The notes: generated by a model from the letters alone, not told the origin. 64,000 nt of DNA from Candidatus Moraniibacteriota bacterium (GCA_027008775.1 JALVDV010000010.1:32529-96528); one strand, 5' to 3'. Positions 9,012-18,064 are shown, counted from the first letter of the stretch. A program made the numbers and translations.

Positions 9012-9578
9012 TTACTTTAAATTTCCGATTATCTTCACCAAACCTTTGTTATTGCCGGGAACAGCACCTCGGAGAGCGATAATTTTTCTGTCTTTATCTA
9101 CAGTCACCACCAATAGGTTTTTAACGGTGACATTCTGACCACCCATTCGTCCGGCCATCTTTTTTCCTTTCATCACTCTTTCCGGAAAAGCGCTACCGAT
9201 GGAACCGGGGGCTCGCAAATCATGCCGATGTCCGTGAGAGGCGGGGGCGCCACCGAAACCGTGTCTTTTAACAACACCTTGATAGCCTTTTCCTTTGGAA
9301 ACAGCTTTAACAATAACTTTGTCTCCTTCTTGAAATTGTTCCAGGGTAACCTTGTCACCAACCTTGAGATCAATTTTTTCAGAAACGGAGAATTCTCGCA
9401 AAACCTCTTTCCCCTTGTCGTCAGTCAACTTTAGTTGTACAGCGGAATATCCGTCTTTCTCTTCGTTTCTAACCAAGTTGACAATATTGTCAGGAACTTC
9501 AACCAAGGTGACGTTTTGCGCCTTTTCTTTATCGTAAATAGTTGTCATTCCAATTTTTCTTCCCAGAATAAATTTCAT
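9012..9578 (-). CDS. rplC: 50S ribosomal protein L3
   Basis: MKFILGRKIGMTTIYD...GKGYQGVVKRHGFGG.PASHG matches L3. Confidence 0.92.
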   Translation of the reverse strand: MKFILGRKIGMTTIYDKEKAQNVTLVEVPDNIVNLVRNEEKDGYSAVQLKLTDDKGKEVLREFSVSEKIDLKVGDKVTLEQFQEGDKVIVKAVSKGKGYQGVVKRHGFGGAPASHGHRHDLRAPGSIGSAFPERVMKGKKMAGRMGGQNVTVKNLLVVTVDKDRKIIALRGAVPGNNKGLVKIIGNLK

Positions 9579-9700
9579 ATCTCTAAAAAAATAAACCCGG
9601 CTATCTTTGGTACCGGGACTAATTAAAAAACAGCTTAAACCGTTTTAAAATTAATCCAGTATCCCAACGGACTTTGATTAATTGTATTATTAAAAATCTT

Positions 9701-10057
9701 CTAAATTTTGATTTCTACCCCCACTCCGGCCGGCAAATCCATATTAGTCAAATTGCCGATGGTCGTTTCTGAAGGTTCTATAATATCCAATAATCTTTTG
9801 TGGGTCCTGATTTCAAATTGATCTCTAGCTCGTTTACTTTTGAAAGTTGAGCGATTGACTGTCATTTTCTTAATCTCTGTCGGAAGAGGAATTGGCCCTT
9901 TGATGGTAGCTCCGCTCTTCTCCGCCGTCTCAATAATTTGTCTGACGGCTTGGTCAATGACTTTGTGATCAAAAGCCTTTATTTTTATCCTCAACTTGGG
10001 TTTTTCTTTGCTTTTGTCAATCACTTTATCAACTTTTGTCTCTTCTTCCTTTTTCAT
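9701..10057 (-). CDS. rpsJ: 30S ribosomal protein S10, with a short K-rich N-terminal extension
   Basis: LRIKIKAFDHKVIDQAVRQIIETAEKSGATIKGPIPLPT...HKRLLDI matches S10. Confidence 0.92.
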   Translation of the reverse strand: MKKEEETKVDKVIDKSKEKPKLRIKIKAFDHKVIDQAVRQIIETAEKSGATIKGPIPLPTEIKKMTVNRSTFKSKRARDQFEIRTHKRLLDIIEPSETTIGNLTNMDLPAGVGVEIKI

Positions 10058-10137
10058 AAGTTACCAAAGATCTATTTATATAATTTTAAACAAATTACCG
10101 TTGTATTCTAGTTTAATTCGCGGGAAAAGTCAAGTTT

Positions 10138-10479
10138 TTACTTTTTACTGATCGCTTCTATTTTCACTTCTGTTATTGCTTGTTTGTGACCGAATTTTTT
10201 CAGCTGTCTCTTTTTGGGTTTATGTTTAACTCCAAACAGCTTTTTTCCTCTGGTTTGTCTTACCACTTCAGCGACAACTTCCACTTTCTCTACTTCCGGC
10301 TCGCCGATTAGTATGCCCTTCTCATCGGCAAAAAACAAAACCGGAAAGTTAACTTTTGCCCCCTCTGCTTCTTTAATTTTCTCCACCTTGATAACATCGC
10401 CTTCACTGACCTTGTATTGCTTGCCACCGGTTTTTATAATCGCAATATTTTTCATATTTCTGTCTAGAATAATTTTCAC
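10138..10479 (-). CDS. rplU: 50S ribosomal protein L21, located directly upstream of rpsJ; the start may be the internal Met at about 10455
   Basis: IAIIKTGGKQYKVSEGDVIKVEKI...LFGVKHKPKKRQLKKFGHKQAITEVKIEAI matches L21. Confidence 0.88.
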   Translation of the reverse strand: MKIILDRNMKNIAIIKTGGKQYKVSEGDVIKVEKIKEAEGAKVNFPVLFFADEKGILIGEPEVEKVEVVAEVVRQTRGKKLFGVKHKPKKRQLKKFGHKQAITEVKIEAISKK

Positions 10480-10540
10480 TTACAGCTTCCAGACCGACAC
10501 TGAAACACAAACAGTGGCGATTTCCGAAAACGCTTTAACG

Positions 10541-10568
10541 AGTATAACAGAAAAATAATTGTTGTCAA
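10541..10568 (-). promoter_or_regulatory. sigma70-like promoter for the rplU-rpsJ... cluster
   Basis: Minus strand reads TTGACA-16nt-TATACT, about 60-80 nt upstream of the rplU start. Confidence 0.4.
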
Positions 10569-10606
10569 GTTTTGATTGGGCAACAAAACTTGCTGAGTAG
10601 TTTTGT

Positions 10607-11140
10607 TTGAGGATGTTTCTCTTTATGCTCTCTTTTTGTTTGTTTCACATAATCATAAAGAAACTCTCACTCTTGAATTTCGAGGGATTAAATTCCGACA
10701 GCGTGATGAAAGCAGTTATGTATGTCGGAAATGTATTAGGGACGGTAACTATTCTCCTCTTTCTAACTATTCAAAAGAACAAAAATTTGTCTTTAAATTT
10801 AAAAGACAAAATTCTTCTTATAGGTGTCGTTTCGACCGTTCTTTTTTGGAGCGTAACCAGGAATGCCTTTGTGGCTAACATCCTAGTTCAAGTGTTGATG
10901 GCTATAGGGTACTTATTTTTCATCAACGCTATAGTCAAAACAAAAAAGAGATTAGACTCCTTTTTGTTTTGGTTGTTAGCTCTACTTACAACAGTATTGT
11001 CCCTTCCGTTAGTAGAAGGTAGTTTATTGGCGACCATCAACACTTGGCGTTCACTAGTCTGTATATCGTCAGTGTTGATAGTGATGGTGTATTATGAATT
11101 TTTTTGTAAAATAAAAAAAATGAGCAAAGGAGGAATGTAA
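10607..11140 (+). CDS. hypothetical small integral membrane protein, about 4 predicted TM helices; the start may be an internal Met
   Basis: Long ORF with hydrophobic segments (TVTILLFLTI, LLIGVVSTVLFWSV, VLMAIGYLFFI, LLALLTTVLSLPLV). I recognise no family. Confidence 0.45.
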   Translation: MRMFLFMLSFCLFHIIIKKLSLLNFEGLNSDSVMKAVMYVGNVLGTVTILLFLTIQKNKNLSLNLKDKILLIGVVSTVLFWSVTRNAFVANILVQVLMAIGYLFFINAIVKTKKRLDSFLFWLLALLTTVLSLPLVEGSLLATINTWRSLVCISSVLIVMVYYEFFCKIKKMSKGGM

Positions 11141-11142
11141 AA

Positions 11143-11424
11143 ATGGAAAATAATAAAAAAAGTTATTGGTTTGTAGTCTATATCATTGAACCGATGGTGG
11201 ACCCGTATTTTTTCTTGATGGGTGATACCAAAAAATTCCTAGAATTCCTGGTACAGAGGAATGTACGGAGTAGTTTTGTGGAGATTCAGGGAGATATCTT
11301 TTTACTTGAGAAAGTAAAAGGATATTTAAAAAAATTATATGGCAGTCGCAAAAAGATTACCATAATAAATTTTAAACGGGTTTCCGCTGGGTGCTTTCGG
11401 AAAAACAGCGGAAACAATCTATAA
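11143..11424 (+). CDS. hypothetical protein, 93 aa
   Basis: ORF preceded by AAGGAGG about 9 nt upstream of the ATG; directly follows the 10607 ORF. No family recognised. Confidence 0.5.
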   Translation: MENNKKSYWFVVYIIEPMVDPYFFLMGDTKKFLEFLVQRNVRSSFVEIQGDIFLLEKVKGYLKKLYGSRKKITIINFKRVSAGCFRKNSGNNL

Positions 11425-11770
11425 ATGTCCCTACCCTTACGGACGGGGAACTTTCGCCGAATTAAAATCAACAAGAGATTATTCCTGTTTTCATTTGAAA
11501 CTTCAATGAGAATCCGGGATGATCTCTTTTTTGTTTATTCTTAGTTTTTTTGTTTATTATTCTTGGTCGGAGCAGAATTGTTGTTTTGGAAAAGAAAAAA
11601 GAAAAATAGCGCGATTGTTGATAGATACTCCCGCCTTTATAGGCGAAGAATTCCCGCCGGATTAAAAATGCTTATTTAGATTGCTACCTTAATTGATAAT
11701 TATCCCACCAATTGTTGTCACTACCCATTTTTATTTTTGTTTAAGATTATCTACAAAGTTTTCATTGTTT

Positions 11771-11798
11771 ATTATGATATTATTGATAATATCATAAT
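11771..11798. promoter_or_regulatory. 28-bp palindrome ATTATGATATTAT-TG-ATAATATCATAAT (13-bp arms); candidate operator or recombination site
   Basis: Perfect inverted repeat read directly from the sequence. An identical copy is at 60105-60132 and variants are at 11835-11862 and 63190-63217. Confidence 0.5.
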
Positions 11799-11834
11799 GC
11801 TCATCCCTGGTGCTACCAAGAATGCTATTATGCT

Positions 11835-11862
11835 ATTATGGTATTATTTATAATATCATAAT
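11835..11862. promoter_or_regulatory. variant copy of the 28-bp palindrome (ATTATGGTATTAT-TT-ATAATATCATAAT), one mismatch between arms
   Basis: Lies 64 bp from the first copy, preceded by a tandem GCTATTATGCTATTATGG. Confidence 0.45.
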
Positions 11863-12324
11863 GGGTGGAACATAGTGTTTCCGGAAATTTTTAGCAGATT
11901 TTATCTGTTCGATTTTATTTGGAACCCGTCAAACTTTTGTGCTTGCTGTTTTTTGCGTAGTGTTTACGGCCAGAGTTGTCGCGCAATGTATCTATTACCA
12001 AAATATCGTTGTTTGTTTCGGAGTTATTCTTTGCTTTTGGTAGCGCTAGTGATGGAATACTTAAATGCTCACAAGGGATGAGATACATCTTAGACACTTT
12101 AAAAAAGATATTTTTTCAATCAAAATAATGCACTACCCTGCAGTAAGCTGAAAGAATTCTTTTTGCTTAAAAAGTAAGCATATCACAAACGAATAAAAAC
12201 CAAAGAAGCAACGCACCATTTAATACGGTACGTGGTCAAAGATGGTGGAATGTAGTATACTGAAAGCAGTTTTGGAAATGCGGTTTTAGGGGGTGAAAAA
12301 TAAAAAATAATAGCTAAAAACAAT

Positions 12325-13443
12325 ATGTCTAAAAAAATTGTTTTGGCCGGTGGCGGCACCGGCGGGCATCTTTTTCCTTTGTTGGCAGTGGTTGAGTATA
12401 TTCGTAAAAAATACGGATCAGAGGCGGTTGATTTTCTTTATCTGGGTCCGAAAAGTAAGTTGGAAGAAAAATTGATGACTGATAACCAAATCAGACGCAA
12501 GAAGATTTTGGTCGGCAAATTGAGAAGGTATTTTTCTTTCAGCTACTTGACTGACTTTTTGAAATTACCCTTAGGCGTTCTGCAATCGTTATGGTATTTG
12601 TTCTTGGAAATGCCGGAGGCAGTTTTTGCCAAGGGTGGCTACGCCTCCGTGCCGGTGGTTCTGGTCGCTTGGTTATACAGGATTCCGATTGTTATCCACG
12701 AGTCCGACGCCAAACCCGGCTTGGCCAACAAGTTTTTAGGATCAATTGCCACTAAGGTAGCCATTTCTTTTGAGCGATCCAAAGTTTATTTTCCTCCCCA
12801 CAAAACTTTTTTAAGCGGAATTCCGGTTGATGAAAGAGTCTTGCACGGCGATGTCCGGGAAGCCAGAAAAATTTTAAATTTGGCAGAAGACGATCAACGG
12901 CCGGTTATTTTTATTTTGGGGGGATCGCAGGGGGCCAGATTGATCAATAAAAGAATTTTGGAAATGCTCCCGGCGCTGTTGCAAAAATACATTGTTATTC
13001 ACCAGACGGGCGAGCTTGATTTTGAGAAAGTGGTGGCCGAAGTTAAGGCAATGGGATTGCCGGTTAATCAAGACGGTTATTATCCACGCGCTTTTGTTGG
13101 TAAAGAAATAAAACATTTTTACGCTCTGGCCGACGTGGTAATCTCTCGTGCCGGAGCCACTACTATTGCGGAAATTTCCGCTAACAAGAAACCGTCCATT
13201 TTGGTGCCTATCACCCACAGCGCCAACAATCATCAGCGAATAAACGCTTTTGAGATGGCTCGGATGGGAGCGGCTTTGGTGCTGGAAGAAGATAATTTCC
13301 GCCAAAATTTAGTTTTGCAAAAAATAGAAGAGTTAATATTACCGGGGAAAATTCGGGAAAAAATTTTAGCCAACGTGGGCAAGTTTTATAATCCCCGCGC
13401 CAGTGAGATTATTGCCAAAAACTTAATGGAGCTGGCTAGTTAA
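12325..13443 (+). CDS. murG: UDP-N-acetylglucosamine--N-acetylmuramyl-(pentapeptide) pyrophosphoryl-undecaprenol N-acetylglucosamine transferase
   Basis: N-terminal GGGTGGHLFP motif and GT28 C-terminal domain (ILGGSQGA...SRAGATTIAE). Confidence 0.85.
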   Translation: MSKKIVLAGGGTGGHLFPLLAVVEYIRKKYGSEAVDFLYLGPKSKLEEKLMTDNQIRRKKILVGKLRRYFSFSYLTDFLKLPLGVLQSLWYLFLEMPEAVFAKGGYASVPVVLVAWLYRIPIVIHESDAKPGLANKFLGSIATKVAISFERSKVYFPPHKTFLSGIPVDERVLHGDVREARKILNLAEDDQRPVIFILGGSQGARLINKRILEMLPALLQKYIVIHQTGELDFEKVVAEVKAMGLPVNQDGYYPRAFVGKEIKHFYALADVVISRAGATTIAEISANKKPSILVPITHSANNHQRINAFEMARMGAALVLEEDNFRQNLVLQKIEELILPGKIREKILANVGKFYNPRASEIIAKNLMELAS

Positions 13444-13486
13444 AACAACTCTTGCTTCACTTTTTAGTTTCGCTTTTTGACGACTG

Positions 13487-13540
13487 CCCTCTTTTCTCTT
13501 TTTCTCAGGGTAAGGCCCTGATAGTTTTGCCGCAAGAGGG
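13487..13540. terminator. nested stem-loop in the convergent intergenic region between murG (+) and the 13607 gene (-)
   Basis: CCCTCTT...CAGGGtaaggCCCTG...AAGAGGG nested inverted repeats followed by T-rich sequence. Confidence 0.35.
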
Positions 13541-13606
13541 TTGGCTTCTGAAATGAGTGAAAGTTTTTTATTTAATTTAGATAAAGTATAATTCGGATTC
13601 AAAATT

Positions 13607-16300
13607 TTAATTACCGCGAAGCTCCTTTAACTCAAGTTTGAACACTTTTTTACCATCCGGCAAGTAGAGAGTTTTGCTTTGGGAGTTGAGAAATATCCGA
13701 TGATGATTATCAATCGGTTTAAGAAACTCGGCGGAATAGGTTTTTTGGATTTTGTCATCTTTATTAAGTTCTAGAATTTTTTTGGCTTGATTGCTGAATA
13801 AGAAATAATTTTCGCTTTTTTTGTCAGTCGGCAGATAAACAATATCTTTGAAATTTAAAGTAGCGCTTTTGCTTAACTTGCCCCGAAAGTAAGTTTCAAC
13901 CGTTCCATTGTCGTATATTATTTTAATATTCTCGTCAACCAACATGCCAGCTATTCCATTTCGGTTTGAAAGAGGATTTTTCAGCCAGAGTTTGGCCGGA
14001 CCAAAACCTCCGGTTGCTCGAGGATAACGATAGATTTGGCCGTCTTGGCCGTTCAGTAAATAAAGATAGTCCAGATATGTCCCTTCGGCCAGGAGTTTAA
14101 AATCTTTAGGCAGATTTATTTTATTCTGGAAAAATTCTTTGGTGACCGGACTGTAGGAAATAACTTGAGAATCGGAAATAAGAAAAAACAAATTCAAAGG
14201 TTCGCTGTAGGCCAAACCCTTTAAGTCGGAAGAAATAGCTTCACTGGCCGAAGGGATAGCTTGGCTGTTTTTTTGGTAACCAATACTTTCCAACAGTTCT
14301 CCGCTGTCTGTGTAGATTATCATTTCTTTGTCGTTGCCAAACAACAAGCTTACCGGGGCAGAGAGTTCTGCGAATAGCCCTATTTCCGGGCGATTTTTAT
14401 AGTCACTAGAAATAGTGTTTTCTTGTGCGGGGCTTTTTTGATCGTCTGCTATTTTTTTCGGAGACGAAGATCGGTCAGAAAAAATCTTGGAGAAAAAAAG
14501 AGGAACACCAACCAAAATGAAAATTAAAAACAGGAAATTAAATAATTTGGAAAGAGTGATATTTTTAATTCTAGTGTTTTGCAAGAACAATTTTAATTGA
14601 TGTAGCTTGTAAACAAGAATTTTTTTTAGGTTATTTGGGTTTTTAAAAGCGACTAATTGTTTGCTTGAGAGATGGGGAGTAGGAAATCTTTTATTTTTGC
14701 GGTACCATTGAGTGAATTTTCTAGGAATAGTTAGAGATAGAACAAGCATTGTAAAAACTTTTTTGGCACTTCTTCCAAGTGAAAATTGACTAATTTTTTG
14801 AGAAACATTGCGCTTCCAGTTTGTTAAAAATTTTTTATTTATTTTCTGTTTTTTACCTAATGGGTAGGATTCGCCTTTTTCCTTTATTAAATTTTTGGTT
14901 GGTTGGAAAAATTTTTTGAGCTGAGGTAGGGGTAATTTCTTGCTCCTCTTCTTGATTTCCAAATCGTCCTCCCTGATAAAAATTTCCGGATTTTGTTCAA
15001 AAGGAGAAAAGTCGTCTTGTTTTTTTGGAGGTTTGCTTTTAATGACATCAAAATTTTTTATTTTTGATTTTTTCTTCAGCTTACTCGTCTTCTCCTTCGC
15101 TTCTTCTAAGGGAGACTTGGTGGCGAAGTCAGCTTTTATTTTTTCTTTTCCAGGAGAAGAAGTTGCGCTTTTATTTGTTTGGCTTGGTGACTGAGCAGAA
15201 GAACTGTCTTTTGCAATTTTCTCTACCTTGGTTTCTTTAATATGAATAGTGTCCGTTGTCTCTGAATATTTCTTAGTTGATAGTTTGACTTCTTTATCTT
15301 TATTTTTATCTTTATTTTTATCATCCTTGTCAACTGCCCGGCTGAGAGTAGCCGCTTTTTTCTCCGAAGAAGAAAATCCGCTGCCAGAAACAGGGCGCTC
15401 CGGTATTTCTTCCTTTCCCTGTGGTCCGGCGACCGCTCCACTGCTTTTGTCGCTTACGATTGAAACGGATTCCTTTTTCTCTTTCTTCGGAACAGGGGAC
15501 GCAATGTTTCCTCCCAAAAAATTAGTGCTGGCGATAATTTCGTCGGCGGTTTTAATACCGGTTTTTTTAAGCGGTTTTTTCTTTTCTTTTCTGACTCTGA
15601 TAAGCAAAGTGGAAATGTTTTCTCCTTCTTTCTTGATGGTTTTTTGAAAAATTTCAATAAACTCTTTAACAGTAAAGGTTTTATAAAGTCGTTTCAAATC
15701 ACTCAGAGTAAAAATTTTACCGATTGTCGGACTACTCACCAACAATAAGTCATTATTTTTTAATTCCCCTTCCAAAATGTTGTTAAAAGTTTTAATTGGA
15801 TGCTTAGATGGTGGTCCAATTTGTTCCGAAAGAAGTGTTAAATTTTTTCTGCGTCCTAAGAGTAAAACTCCCTGCCCAACCTGAGTAAAATAGAGTTTGT
15901 TGCCATGGATAACTCCCACGATGGCGTGGAGATGGTTTATCCATTCCACGATGTCGTGCTCGGCCAAATCCGCTAAAGCCAAATTGGCTTTTTTGAGGGC
16001 GTACTCAAAATTTTCTCCCACTTCTTTGTGTTTGTGAGAATAAAATGATTTCTTAATAACAGCGGTCAATAAATTAGGGAGATACTCGGAATTTTGGGAA
16101 TGATCCAAAACTTGTATCACACCAAAAAGAACCCCCATTTGTTGATGAAAAAAATCATCCGACTGACATTCAAAGCTGTTGCTAAAAACCGCCAGTTTTT
16201 CATCGGTAAAAACTTTTGTTTCTTTTGTTTTTATTTTCAATTTTTCCGTAAGTTGTTCAGACATTGTTTCTTTTTTCTGATAGAAAGTTAATTTTTTCAA
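13607..16300 (-). CDS. large membrane-anchored protein: N-terminal degenerate PP2C/SpoIIE-like domain, K/S/E-rich low-complexity linker, one TM helix and a roughly 300-aa C-terminal extracytoplasmic domain
   Basis: 897-aa ORF. The N-terminal region shows PP2C-like motif spacing (LYFTQVGQGVLLLGRR vs LYVANVGDSRAVL; DLLLVSSPTIG; TLLIRV) but lacks the DGHGG metal-binding Asp motif. Linker contains KDDKNKDKNKDK repeats. TM segment FNFLFLIFILVGVPLFF. Confidence 0.6.
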   Translation of the reverse strand: MKKLTFYQKKETMSEQLTEKLKIKTKETKVFTDEKLAVFSNSFECQSDDFFHQQMGVLFGVIQVLDHSQNSEYLPNLLTAVIKKSFYSHKHKEVGENFEYALKKANLALADLAEHDIVEWINHLHAIVGVIHGNKLYFTQVGQGVLLLGRRKNLTLLSEQIGPPSKHPIKTFNNILEGELKNNDLLLVSSPTIGKIFTLSDLKRLYKTFTVKEFIEIFQKTIKKEGENISTLLIRVRKEKKKPLKKTGIKTADEIIASTNFLGGNIASPVPKKEKKESVSIVSDKSSGAVAGPQGKEEIPERPVSGSGFSSSEKKAATLSRAVDKDDKNKDKNKDKEVKLSTKKYSETTDTIHIKETKVEKIAKDSSSAQSPSQTNKSATSSPGKEKIKADFATKSPLEEAKEKTSKLKKKSKIKNFDVIKSKPPKKQDDFSPFEQNPEIFIREDDLEIKKRSKKLPLPQLKKFFQPTKNLIKEKGESYPLGKKQKINKKFLTNWKRNVSQKISQFSLGRSAKKVFTMLVLSLTIPRKFTQWYRKNKRFPTPHLSSKQLVAFKNPNNLKKILVYKLHQLKLFLQNTRIKNITLSKLFNFLFLIFILVGVPLFFSKIFSDRSSSPKKIADDQKSPAQENTISSDYKNRPEIGLFAELSAPVSLLFGNDKEMIIYTDSGELLESIGYQKNSQAIPSASEAISSDLKGLAYSEPLNLFFLISDSQVISYSPVTKEFFQNKINLPKDFKLLAEGTYLDYLYLLNGQDGQIYRYPRATGGFGPAKLWLKNPLSNRNGIAGMLVDENIKIIYDNGTVETYFRGKLSKSATLNFKDIVYLPTDKKSENYFLFSNQAKKILELNKDDKIQKTYSAEFLKPIDNHHRIFLNSQSKTLYLPDGKKVFKLELKELRGN

Positions 16301-16342
16301 AGAAGTCGCTTTTCGGAAGCAAAAAGCGCCCGCGCAAACTAT

Positions 16343-17407
16343 CTACCGCTTGGCGGAAGTGGACAAAATCTCTGACAAAATTTTGTCCAGTGTCTTATAT
16401 AGTTTATCATTATTTTTTATTTTGGGGTAGTGTTTGAGATTTTGGCGATAGTCGGGTAACTTTGCCAGAAATTTTTTCACACTCTCTGAACTTAGTTGTT
16501 CTTGATAATCGCCAAAACCGAGTTTTTTGAGATAGTGGGCATTAACCAACTGTTCTATTCTGCCGGCCACCGGTAGAGCCAAATATGGTTTTTCCAGTTG
16601 CAGGGCCTCTGAGATAAGAGTCATTCCGGCGCTGGCAATAACCGCTCGGGCGGAAATCAAATCTTGTAAAAATTTTTCTTGGTCGTTTTTTCGGAACAAA
16701 CAATTGTCCATTTTCCGGGAATGGTTGTGTCCATAAATGATAAATTGGCCGGGGACGCTTCGCAAAATTTTGACAATATCGGCGCTGTGGGTAGTGTCGT
16801 AAACCAAGATATGTTCTCCCGTTTGGGGAATGGCTTGAAGAATTTCCGGTCTTAAAACAGGCGGAACCAAATAAGTTTTTGGCTTGGTGACTTTAAATTT
16901 GAAAAAGGTGATTATGATGTAAGCTTCTGCTCTGGGGGCAATAGTGGAAACCCCTATTTTGTTTAGTAAATAATTGGCTAACCACTTGTTTTTAATTTCC
17001 AGTTTGCCTCTGTTGATGCGATGTTGGTTATCTATGGAGATCAGCGGAATTTTGTAGAGAGTGGCAAATAAAGATGACCAGGGCTCCAGGTCAGTAATTA
17101 CCAAGTCAGGTTTAAATTTCTTGATTAGTTTTTTAACGCGAAAAAAACTGTTTTTGGCTTGTCGGGTTCTTTTTAAATTTACCAGGACCGTTCTCCAGTA
17201 GCTGGTTTTTCCTTCTTTGTGTCCGAAGCGTAAGCCAAAAACTTTGATTGTTTTAATGTCCGGATGCCGGGAAAGTTCCTGATAGCCTTTGTAATAGGTA
17301 ATGACTTTCACTTTGTGTCCCCGCTCTTGCAAATATCTAATCACCACTTCCGCTCTGGTGGCGTGTCCAAAGCCCTCGCCGGCTACTCCGAATAAAATTT
17401 TAGCCAT
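16343..17407 (-). CDS. glycosyltransferase, MurG/UgtP-like (GT28/GT1 family)
   Basis: N-terminal GVAGEGFGHATRA motif and C-terminal GT-B signature (ARAVIASAGMTLISEAL). Confidence 0.7.
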   Translation of the reverse strand: MAKILFGVAGEGFGHATRAEVVIRYLQERGHKVKVITYYKGYQELSRHPDIKTIKVFGLRFGHKEGKTSYWRTVLVNLKRTRQAKNSFFRVKKLIKKFKPDLVITDLEPWSSLFATLYKIPLISIDNQHRINRGKLEIKNKWLANYLLNKIGVSTIAPRAEAYIIITFFKFKVTKPKTYLVPPVLRPEILQAIPQTGEHILVYDTTHSADIVKILRSVPGQFIIYGHNHSRKMDNCLFRKNDQEKFLQDLISARAVIASAGMTLISEALQLEKPYLALPVAGRIEQLVNAHYLKKLGFGDYQEQLSSESVKKFLAKLPDYRQNLKHYPKIKNNDKLYKTLDKILSEILSTSAKR

Positions 17408-17993
17408 TGTTTTGTTTGAAAATTTTAGACGTCTGCCATTTTTTCAGAACTATTACAGTGAAAAAAGCCAGAGTGACCAGACCGAAAATCAACAAACCGG
17501 ATTTTTCAATGTAGTCGTTAAAACGTTCGTAGAGATTGCCGTAAAAATAACCAACGGCCACCAAGAAACCGCTCCAAATTAGACCGCCCAAGAAAGAAAA
17601 GAAAAGAAATTTTCTCAAAGACATCTTGGTCATGCCGGCGGTGATAAAAGTTAAGTAGCAAAGGCCGGTGGAAATTTTAACAAAGAATATCAACTTACCT
17701 CCGTGACGATGAAAAAATTTTTTTACTTTTTCCTGTTTAGCGTGTAGTCCGGGATGGCGCTGTAAAAATTGTCCGATTGGTTTGTGAGCAAAAAAACCGA
17801 AACTGTAAAGAATCAGATCCATTGTAAGATCACCGGCCACTGATATCAACCAAACAATAAACCAATTCATCACGCCCAAGGCCGACAAACTGCCGGCAAT
17901 CAAAGTCGTCAAAGGTCCTTCAATAATAACCAGAAAGTACAAAAGCCAGTAGCCATGATTTTTGATAAATTCCAAATAGGCGCCATTTTCCAT
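17400..17993 (-). CDS. DedA/VTT-family membrane protein
   Basis: Roughly 200-aa polytopic protein with a DedA-like core (LYFLVIIEGPLTTLIAGSLSALG...FFHRHGGKLIFF...). Confidence 0.65.
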   Translation of the reverse strand: MENGAYLEFIKNHGYWLLYFLVIIEGPLTTLIAGSLSALGVMNWFIVWLISVAGDLTMDLILYSFGFFAHKPIGQFLQRHPGLHAKQEKVKKFFHRHGGKLIFFVKISTGLCYLTFITAGMTKMSLRKFLFFSFLGGLIWSGFLVAVGYFYGNLYERFNDYIEKSGLLIFGLVTLAFFTVIVLKKWQTSKIFKQNNG

Positions 17994-18064
17994 TTGGCCG
18001 AGTTAAGAAATTAGGAATCAGACAAATTAAGTTTAGCACAAAAAAATATACCTTTAAAGAAAAT

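Noticed and set aside
11771-11798. Interpreting the 28-bp palindrome as a Fur, PerR or Zur box or as a dif site
   Set aside because: The arms (ATTATGATATTAT) do not match the 7-1-7 Fur consensus TGATAAT-N-ATTATCA or the PerR/Zur boxes beyond general AT-richness. dif sites are 11-6-11 with a different core. The neighbouring genes are not metal-related.
12874-13305. 143-aa minus-strand ORF inside murG
   Set aside because: It is antisense to a well-supported murG and has no motif support.
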